Shown here: positions 1-5,622 of the stretch, piece after piece
Layout of the letters: every line of letters starts with the position of its first letter
Numbering within the stretch: the first letter of the stretch is position 1
From: a virus
Lineage: Duplodnaviria > Heunggongvirae > Uroviricota > Caudoviricetes
Virus record (IMG/VR): IMGVR_UViG_2531839485_000005
Length of the DNA: 5,622 bases
Reading direction: 5' to 3' (one strand)
Program-made: the position numbers and the translations under genes
The notes under the pieces: model-generated
What the model saw: the letters and a program-made list of their open reading frames with translations, nothing else
The model's database searches: none
What the model was told of the DNA's origin: nothing

Positions 1-734
1 TCAGCACAGCCCGGACGGCGGAAACCACATACCGCTTCACACAACTGGCGCTGGGGAACTACAGGCTGACAGTCCGGGCAGTAAATGCGTGGGGGCAGCA
101 GGGCGATCCGGCATCGGTATCGTTCCGGATTGCCGCACCGGCAGCGCCGTCGCAGATTGAGCTGACACCGGGGTATTTTCAGATAACCGCCACGCCGCAT
201 CTTGCGGTTTATGATCCGACGGTACAGTTTGAGTTCTGGTTCTCGGAAAAGCGGATTGCGGATATCAGGCAGGTTGAAACCGCAGCCCGCTATCTTGGCT
301 CGGCGCTGTACTGGATAGCTGCCAGTATCAATATCAAACCGGGCCATGATTATTATTTTTACGTTCGCAGTGTGAACACCGTTGGCAAATCGGCATTCGT
401 GGAGGCTGTTGGTCAGCCGAGTGATGACGCATCCGGCTATCTGGATTTTTTCAAAGGCGAGATAGGGAAAACCCATCTGGCTCAGGAGCTGTGGACGCAG
501 ATTGATAACGGTCAGCTTGCGCCTGACCTGGCTGAAATCAGGACGTCCATTACGGATGTCAGCAATGAAATCACGCAGACCGTCAATAAGAAACTAGAAG
601 ACCAGAGTGCGGCAATTCAGCAGATACAGAAGGTTCAGGTTGATACAAATAATAACCTGAACAGCATGTGGGCTGTGAAGCTGCAGCAGATGCAGGACGC
701 GCCTTTATATCGCGGGTATTGGTGCCGGTATTGA
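1..734 (+). CDS. J: Tail tip host-specificity protein J homolog, upstream fragment (5' end outside window; frame broken by apparent frameshift, ends at TGA 732-734)
   Basis: The frame with codons at 3,6,9... is open from the window edge and translates to [46 protein letters not shown]...[20 protein letters not shown]...[13 protein letters not shown], which I recognise as closely similar to the C-proximal part of phage lambda J (recalled, not searched). The GTG at 372 in the ORF track is just an internal codon of this longer frame. After QMQD the frame runs into a short nonsense tail ([11 protein letters not shown]), while the J-like sequence continues in another frame. Confidence 0.85.
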   Translation, partial: STARTAETTYRFTQLALGNYRLTVRAVNAWGQQGDPASVSFRIAAPAAPSQIELTPGYFQITATPHLAVYDPTVQFEFWFSEKRIADIRQVETAARYLGSALYWIAASINIKPGHDYYFYVRSVNTVGKSAFVEAVGQPSDDASGYLDFFKGEIGKTHLAQELWTQIDNGQLAPDLAEIRTSITDVSNEITQTVNKKLEDQSAAIQQIQKVQVDTNNNLNSMWAVKLQQMQDAPLYRGYWCRY

Positions 735-1476
735 GAACACCCCTGACGGCATGCAGAGTCAGGTGCTGCTGGCGGCAGACAGGATTGCGATGATTAATCC
801 TGCGAATGGCAACACAAAGCCGATGTTTGTTGGGCAGGGCGATCAGATATTCATGAACGACGTGTTCCTGAAACGCCTGACGGCTCCCACCATTACCAGC
901 GGCGGTAATCCTCCGGTATTTTCCCTGACACCGGACGGGTGGCTGACGGCGAAAAATGCCGATATCAGCGGTAACGTGAATGCGAACTCCGGGACGCTCA
1001 ACAACGTCACGATTAACGAGAACTGTCGGGTTCTGGGAAAACTGTCCGCCAACCAGATTGAAGGCGATCTCGTTAAAACAGTGGGCAAAGCTTTCCCCCG
1101 GGACTCCCGTGCACCGGAACGGTGGCCATCAGGGACCATCACCGTCAGGGTTTATGACGATCAGCCGTTTGACCGGCAGATTGTTATTCCGGCGGTGGCA
1201 TTCAGCGGCGCTAAACATGAGAGGGAGAATAACGATATTTATTCGTCATGCCGCCTGATAGTACGGAAAAACGGTGCTGAAATTTATAACCGTACCGCGC
1301 TGGATAATACGCTGATTTACAGTGGTGTTATTGATATGCCAGCTGGTCGCGGCCACATGACGCTGGAGTTTTCGGTGTCATCATGGCTGGTAAATGACTG
1401 GTATCCCACAGCAAGTATCAGCGATTTGCTGGTTGTGGTGATGAAGAAAGCCACCGCAGGCATCAGTATCAGCTGA
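679..1476 (+). CDS. J: Tail tip host-specificity protein J homolog, downstream C-terminal (receptor-binding) fragment, in a different frame from the upstream part
   Basis: The frame with codons at 679,682... is open from just after the TGA at 676-678 to the TGA at 1474-1476 and encodes ...[72 protein letters not shown]...GISIS. This matches the lambda J C-terminal region from memory (the lambda stretch ...[30 protein letters not shown]... is almost identical). The first ATG in this frame is at 751, which is the ORF-track call 751..1476, but the homology continues upstream of it, so 751 is not a genuine start. Confidence 0.85.
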   Translation, partial: SCSRCRTRLYIAGIGAGIENTPDGMQSQVLLAADRIAMINPANGNTKPMFVGQGDQIFMNDVFLKRLTAPTITSGGNPPVFSLTPDGWLTAKNADISGNVNANSGTLNNVTINENCRVLGKLSANQIEGDLVKTVGKAFPRDSRAPERWPSGTITVRVYDDQPFDRQIVIPAVAFSGAKHERENNDIYSSCRLIVRKNGAEIYNRTALDNTLIYSGVIDMPAGRGHMTLEFSVSSWLVNDWYPTASISDLLVVVMKKATAGISIS

Positions 1477-1495
1477 ATTTTATAACCCATATACG

Positions 1496-1520
1496 GGCGC
1501 CAGAAATGGCGCCTTTTTTA
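1496..1520 (+). terminator. Rho-independent terminator downstream of J
   Basis: Perfect 7-bp stem GGCGCCA (1496-1502), loop GAAA, TGGCGCC (1507-1513), followed directly by TTTTTTA (1514-1520). It lies 20 nt after the J stop codon. Confidence 0.75.
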
Positions 1521-1532
1521 TTGCAGAAAAGC

Positions 1533-1538
1533 GAGAGG
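1533..1538 (+). promoter_or_regulatory. Shine-Dalgarno sequence for lom
   Basis: GAGAGG lies 5 nt upstream of the ATG at 1544. Confidence 0.6.
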
Positions 1539-1543
1539 TAATT

Positions 1544-2143
1544 ATGCGTAAAGTTTGTGCAGCCATTTTGTCCGCAGCCATCTGTCTGGCCGTATCCGGT
1601 GCGCCTGCATGGGCGTCTGAGCAGCAGGCCACACTGAGCGCAGGGTATCTTCATGCCCGTACGAACGCTCCCGGCAGCGATAATCTGAACGGGATTAACG
1701 TGAAATACCGTTATGAGTTTACGGACACGCTGGGGCTGATTACGTCATTCAGTTATGCCAACGCTGGAGATGAGCAAAAAACGCATTACAGCGATACCCG
1801 CTGGCATGAAGATTCCGTTCGTAACCGCTGGTTCAGCGTAATGGCGGGGCCGTCTGTGCGCGTGAATGAATGGTTCAGCGCGTATGCGATGGCGGGTGTG
1901 GCTTACAGCCGTGTGTCGACTTTCTCCGGGGATTATCTCCGCGTAACTGACAACAAGGGGAAAACGCACGACGTGCTGACCGGAAGTGATGACGGTCGCC
2001 ACAGCAACACGTCTCTGGCGTGGGGGGCTGGCGTGCAGTTTAACCCGACCGAATCCGTGGCCGTTGATGTCGCTTATGAAGGCTCCGGCAGTGGCAACTG
2101 GCGCACTGACGGTTTCATCGTGGGTGTTGGTTATAAGTTCTGA
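1544..2143 (+). CDS. lom: Lom-like outer membrane beta-barrel protein (Ail/Lom/PagC/OmpX family), 199 aa
   Basis: Intact ORF with an SD sequence. The N-terminus MRKVCAAILSAAICLAVSGAPAWA-SEQQ is a typical Sec signal peptide with an AxA cleavage site. The sequence has alternating amphipathic beta-strand character and ends in the GSGSGNWRTDGFIVGVGYKF motif with a terminal Phe, as lambda Lom does (recalled ...WRTDGFIVGVGYKF). Its position immediately after J matches lambda. Confidence 0.93.
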   Translation: MRKVCAAILSAAICLAVSGAPAWASEQQATLSAGYLHARTNAPGSDNLNGINVKYRYEFTDTLGLITSFSYANAGDEQKTHYSDTRWHEDSVRNRWFSVMAGPSVRVNEWFSAYAMAGVAYSRVSTFSGDYLRVTDNKGKTHDVLTGSDDGRHSNTSLAWGAGVQFNPTESVAVDVAYEGSGSGNWRTDGFIVGVGYKF

Positions 2144-2169
2144 TTAGCCAGGTAACACAGTGTTATGAC

Positions 2170-2197
2170 AGCCCGCCGGTTCAGGCGGGCTTTTTTG
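2170..2197 (+). terminator. Rho-independent terminator downstream of lom
   Basis: 8-bp GC-rich stem AGCCCGCC (2170-2177), loop GGTTCA, GGCGGGCT (2184-2191), followed by a T run TTTTTTG (2191-2197). It lies 27 nt after the lom stop codon. Confidence 0.75.
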
Positions 2198-2203
2198 TGG
2201 GGT
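2198..2203 (+). promoter_or_regulatory. Shine-Dalgarno-like sequence for stf
   Basis: G-rich TGGGGT lies 5 nt upstream of the ATG at 2208. Confidence 0.45.
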
Positions 2204-2207
2204 GAAT

Positions 2208-5200
2208 ATGGCAGTAAAGATTTCAGGTGTACTGAAAGACGGTGCAGGTAAACCGGTACAGAACTGCACAATCCAGCTGAAAGCAAAACGTAACAGCACC
2301 ACGGTGGTGGCGAACACGGTGGCCTCAGAAAATCCGGATGAAGCCGGGCGTTACAGCATGGACGTTGAGTACGGTCAGTACAGCGTTATTCTGTTGGTGG
2401 AGGGATTCCCGCCGTCACATGCCGGGACCATCACCGTGTATGAAGATTCCACCGGTACGCTGAATGATTTTCTCGGTGCCATGACGGAGGATGATGCCGT
2501 CCGAGGCACTGCGCCGTTTGAACTGATGGTGGAAGAGGTGGCGCGTAACGCGTCCGCGGTGGCACAGAACACGGCAGCCGCGAAGAAGTCAGCCAGCGAT
2601 GCCGGCACATCAGCACGTGAGGCGGCAACCCATGCGACTGATGCTGCAGGCTCAGCACGCGCAGCCAGCACGTCAGCCGGACAGGCCGCGTCGTCGGCTC
2701 AGTCAGCATCTTCCAGCGCAGGAACGGCATCAACAAAGGCCAGTGAAGCATCGAAAAGTGCTGCTGCTGCAGAGTCCTCAAAAAGCGCGGCAGCTACCAG
2801 TGCCGCTGCGGCGAAAACGTCAGAAACGAATGCGGCAGCGTCACAACAATCAGCAGCCACTTCTGCATCCGCCGCGACCACGAAGGCGTCAGAAGCTGCC
2901 ACCTCAGCCCGGGATGCGGCGGCTTCAAAAGAGGCGGCAAAATCATCAGAAACGAACGCATCCTCGAGCGCCAGTAGCGCAGCTTCCTCGGCAACGGCGA
3001 CAGCAAATTCTGCGAAGGCGGCCAAAACGTCCGAGACGAACGCCAGGTCTTCTGAAACGGCAGCGGGACAGAGCGCCTCGGCTGCGGCAGGCTCAAAAAC
3101 AGCGGCTGCGTCGTCTGCCAGTGCCGCGTCAACAAGTGCCGGGCAGGCCTCAGCCAGTGCCACCGCCGCCGGAAAATCGGCAGAAAGCGCCGCATCGTCT
3201 GCTTCAACAGCCACAACGAAGGCTGGCGAAGCCACTGAACAGGCCAGCGCAGCAGCGAGGTCTGCTTCCGCAGCGAAGACATCCGAGACGAACGCGAAAG
3301 CGTCGGAAACCAGCGCAGAATCCTCAAAAACGGCTGCCGCATCGTCCGCCAGTTCGGCGGCGTCATCGGCATCATCGGCGTCTGCTTCAAAAGATGAGGC
3401 GACCAGACAAGCGTCCGCAGCGAAGGGCAGCGCCACGACAGCATCCACGAAGGCGACAGAGGCAGCTGGCAGTGCGACGGCGGCAGCACAGAGCAAAAGT
3501 ACGGCGGAATCCGCGGCAACGCGCGCCGAGACAGCGGCAAAACGGGCAGAGGATATTGCATCCGCCGTGGCGCTTGAGGATGCAAGTACGACGAAAAAGG
3601 GGATAGTACAGCTCAGCAGTGCGACCAACAGTACGTCTGAAACGCTGGCGGCAACGCCAAAGGCAGTAAAATCAGCCTATGACAATGCAGAGAAACGTCT
3701 GCAGAAAGACCAGAACGGCGCTGATATACCCGATAAGGGACGCTTCCTGAACAACATTAACGCGGTCAGTAAAACAGACTTTGCTGATAAGCGTGGTATG
3801 CGTTATGTGCGGGTTAACGCTCCTGCAGGTGCAACATCTGGAAAATATTACCCTGTTGTTGTTATGCGTTCTGCTGGCTCAGTAAGCGAACTGGCATCAA
3901 GGGTCATTATCACCACGGCAACGCGAACCGCAGGCGATCCGATGAATAACTGCGAGTTTAACGGATTTGTTATGCCTGGTGGCTGGACTGACAGGGGGCG
4001 TTATGCTTATGGAATGTTCTGGCAATATCAAAACAATGAACGAGCCATCCACTCAATAATGATGAGTAATAAGGGCGATGATTTGCGCTCTGTGTTCTAT
4101 GTTGATGGCGCTGCTTTCCCTGTTTTTGCGTTTATCGAAGATGGCCTGTCAATATCCGCACCTGGTGCTGATCTCGTTGTTAATGATACGACCTATAAGT
4201 TTGGGGCAACAAATCCGGCGACTGAATGTATCGCGGCGGACGTTATCCTTGATTTTAAGAGTGGGCGTGGTTTTTATGAGTCTCATTCGTTAATCGTTAA
4301 CGATAACTTGTCGTGCAAAAAACTTTTTGCCACAGACGAAATTGTAGCGCGTGGTGGTAATCAGATTCGAATGATAGGTGGGGAGTATGGGGCATTATGG
4401 CGTAATGATGGCGCTAAAACTTACCTGCTGCTTACCAATCAAGGTGATGTTTATGGTGGCTGGAATACATTAAGACCGTTTGCTATTGATAACGCAACCG
4501 GCGAACTGGTTATTGGAACCAAACTGTCCGCAAGTCTGAACGGTAATGCATTAACAGCAACAAAGCTGCAAACGCCAAGACGGGTTTCTGGTGTTGAGTT
4601 TGATGGTTCCAAAGATATTACTTTAACCGCCGCGCATGTGGCTGCTTTTGCCAGAAGGGCAACGGATACATATGCCGATGCGGATGGTGGCGTTCCCTGG
4701 AATGCCGAATCAGGCGCTTATAATGTCACCCGCTCTGGCGACAGCTATATTCTGGTTAACTTCTATACCGGAGTCGGAAGTTGCCGGACCCTGCAGATGA
4801 AGGCGCATTACAGAAATGGTGGTCTGTTCTACCGTTCTTCAAGAGACGGTTATGGTTTTGAGGAAGACTGGGCAGAAGTTTATACCTCGAAAAATCTTCC
4901 ACCAGAAAGCTACCCAGTCGGCGCACCAATCCCGTGGCCATCAGATACCGTTCCGTCTGGTTATGCCCTGATGCAGGGGCAGACTTTTGACAAATCTGCC
5001 TACCCGAAACTTGCAGCCGCTTATCCGTCAGGCGTGATCCCTGATATGCGTGGCTGGACGATTAAGGGCAAGCCCGCCAGTGGTCGTGCCGTATTGTCTC
5101 AGGAACAGGACGGCATAAAATCGCATACCCACAGCGCCAGCGCATCCAGTACTGATTTGGGGACGAAAACCACATCGTCGTTTGATTACGGCACTAAATC

Positions 5201-5600
5201 CACGAATAACACTGGTGCGCATACCCATAGTTTAAGTGGCAGCACGAATGCAGCTGGTAATCACAGCCATAGAGATGGCCGTCGATTTAACCCCAGTGTT
5301 TTTAAAGATACTTATCAATATGGTTATACAAGCTCAGGTCAAAATACCTGGGGTGTACAAGGCTCAGTAGGTATGTCTACGGGGGCGTTAGCTAATACCA
5401 GTACAGATGGTAACCATAGCCACTCACTGTCCGGCACAGCAGCATCTGCAGGTGCACACGCACATACTGTCGGTATTGGTGCACACACGCACTCCGTTGC
5501 GATTGGTTCACATGGACACACCATCACCGTTAACGCTGCTGGTAACGCGGAAAACACCGTCAAAAACATCGCATTTAACTATATTGTGAGGCTTGCATAA
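2208..5600 (+). CDS. stf: Side tail fiber protein (lambda Stf family): conserved N-terminal attachment domain, Ala/Ser-rich repeat shaft, distal receptor-binding region with HxH motifs
   Basis: One continuous frame. I prefer the ATG at 2208 ([26 protein letters not shown]..., the characteristic N-terminus of lambda-type side tail fibers) over the GTG at 2202 used by the ORF track. It contains a long low-complexity shaft, the motif [27 protein letters not shown], and C-terminal HxH repeats. It ends at TAA 5598-5600, overlapping the start of a tfa-like gene. Confidence 0.92.
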   Translation: MAVKISGVLKDGAGKPVQNCTIQLKAKRNSTTVVANTVASENPDEAGRYSMDVEYGQYSVILLVEGFPPSHAGTITVYEDSTGTLNDFLGAMTEDDAVRGTAPFELMVEEVARNASAVAQNTAAAKKSASDAGTSAREAATHATDAAGSARAASTSAGQAASSAQSASSSAGTASTKASEASKSAAAAESSKSAAATSAAAAKTSETNAAASQQSAATSASAATTKASEAATSARDAAASKEAAKSSETNASSSASSAASSATATANSAKAAKTSETNARSSETAAGQSASAAAGSKTAAASSASAASTSAGQASASATAAGKSAESAASSASTATTKAGEATEQASAAARSASAAKTSETNAKASETSAESSKTAAASSASSAASSASSASASKDEATRQASAAKGSATTASTKATEAAGSATAAAQSKSTAESAATRAETAAKRAEDIASAVALEDASTTKKGIVQLSSATNSTSETLAATPKAVKSAYDNAEKRLQKDQNGADIPDKGRFLNNINAVSKTDFADKRGMRYVRVNAPAGATSGKYYPVVVMRSAGSVSELASRVIITTATRTAGDPMNNCEFNGFVMPGGWTDRGRYAYGMFWQYQNNERAIHSIMMSNKGDDLRSVFYVDGAAFPVFAFIEDGLSISAPGADLVVNDTTYKFGATNPATECIAADVILDFKSGRGFYESHSLIVNDNLSCKKLFATDEIVARGGNQIRMIGGEYGALWRNDGAKTYLLLTNQGDVYGGWNTLRPFAIDNATGELVIGTKLSASLNGNALTATKLQTPRRVSGVEFDGSKDITLTAAHVAAFARRATDTYADADGGVPWNAESGAYNVTRSGDSYILVNFYTGVGSCRTLQMKAHYRNGGLFYRSSRDGYGFEEDWAEVYTSKNLPPESYPVGAPIPWPSDTVPSGYALMQGQTFDKSAYPKLAAAYPSGVIPDMRGWTIKGKPASGRAVLSQEQDGIKSHTHSASASSTDLGTKTTSSFDYGTKSTNNTGAHTHSLSGSTNAAGNHSHRDGRRFNPSVFKDTYQYGYTSSGQNTWGVQGSVGMSTGALANTSTDGNHSHSLSGTAASAGAHAHTVGIGAHTHSVAIGSHGHTITVNAAGNAENTVKNIAFNYIVRLA
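2610..3575 (+). repeat. In-frame tandem array of 23 degenerate 42-nt (14-codon) repeats inside stf, encoding the Ala/Ser/Thr-rich fiber shaft
   Basis: Cutting the translation into 14-mers from the codon at 2610 gives units that nearly all begin S-A, S-E or S-K ([14 protein letters not shown] / [14 protein letters not shown] / [14 protein letters not shown] / ... / [14 protein letters not shown] / [14 protein letters not shown]). The K(T/S)SETNA motifs start at 2814, 2940, 3024 and 3276, spaced exactly 3x, 2x and 6x 42 nt apart. Confidence 0.8.
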
Positions 5601-5622
5601 TGGCATTCAGAATGAGTGAACA
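5600..5622 (+). CDS. tfa: Tail fiber assembly chaperone Tfa, N-terminal codons only (3' end outside window)
   Basis: The ATG at 5600-5602 overlaps the stf stop (TAATG) and the frame reads M-A-F-R-M-S-E, which matches the N-terminus I recall for lambdoid Tfa proteins such as E. coli TfaR (MAFRMSEQ...). The position after stf is as in lambda. Only 7 codons are visible. Confidence 0.7.

Noticed and set aside
690-735. Programmed ribosomal frameshift in J
   Set aside because: There is no XXXYYYZ slippery heptamer and no obvious downstream structure. The required shift is +1/-2, not the common -1. Lambda J, as I recall it, is a single uninterrupted ORF. Mutation or sequencing error is more parsimonious.
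843-1258. ORFs 843..1142 (-) and 980..1258 (+) inside J
   Set aside because: They are embedded in the J coding frame, have no translation signals, and their translations are not protein-like. They are shadow ORFs.
1477-1543. Sigma-70 promoter for lom in the J-lom gap (TATAAC at 1481-1486, TTGCAG at 1521-1526)
   Set aside because: TATAAC has no acceptable -35 and sits just upstream of the terminator hairpin. TTGCAG has no plausible -10 at 16-18 nt spacing. Neither is convincing enough to annotate.
1469-2002. Minus-strand ORFs 1469..1654 and 1745..2002 overlapping the J-lom intergenic region and lom
   Set aside because: They are antisense to a well-supported lom gene and run across the terminator hairpin, with no supporting signals.
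2202-2207. GTG at 2202 as the stf start (as in the ORF track)
   Set aside because: The ATG at 2208 has better SD spacing and gives the MAVKISG... N-terminus typical of this fiber family. The GTG would add only two residues, so the choice changes little.
2599-3628. Three long ORFs overlapping the stf repeat region: 2599..3606 (+, Arg/Gln/Pro-rich), 2699..3628 (-, Ala/Asp-rich) and 2794..3585 (-)
   Set aside because: They lie entirely inside the 42-nt repeat array, where GCN/TCN-rich codons keep other frames free of stops. Their products are extreme low-complexity, they have no SD or start context, and the stf frame is the one with recognisable conserved domains on either side.
4078-5589. Small ORFs inside the stf 3' half: 4078..4293 (+), 4756..4941 (-), 5028..5228 (-), 5339..5569 (-), 5407..5589 (+)
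   Set aside because: All are short alternative-frame or antisense ORFs within the continuous stf frame. They have no ribosome-binding sites and no recognisable features.
3600-5622. Tail-fiber diversification machinery: DGR template/variable repeat pair, or a Gin/Cin/Pin-type invertible segment
   Set aside because: No reverse transcriptase or invertase gene is in the window, and I found no near-identical direct repeat of the stf 3' end or inverted crossover sites. The HxH repeats are protein-level motifs, not DGR variable-repeat signatures. This cannot be excluded for sequence beyond the window.

Overview
This window reads as the distal tail-fiber end of a lambda-like (lambdoid) prophage or phage late operon, all on the + strand, in the same gene order as phage lambda: J (3' part) - lom - stf - tfa (first codons only). 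Identification rests on reading the translations and on recalled similarity to lambda J, Lom, Stf and Tfa; no database search was possible. The J reading frame is broken by an apparent frameshift near nt 700, so it is either a pseudogene or a sequencing error. lom is intact and bracketed by two strong intrinsic terminators, the classic moron layout. stf is intact (about 1130 aa) and contains an uninterrupted array of 23 degenerate 42-nt repeats encoding an Ala/Ser-rich shaft, a conserved [27 protein letters not shown] junction motif, an AT-richer distal module, and seven HxH motifs near the C-terminus. tfa starts in a TAATG overlap with the stf stop. I see no evidence of a novel defence or other undescribed system here; the noteworthy signals are structural and evolutionary features of the fiber genes. 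All minus-strand and alternative-frame ORFs in the track look like shadow ORFs.
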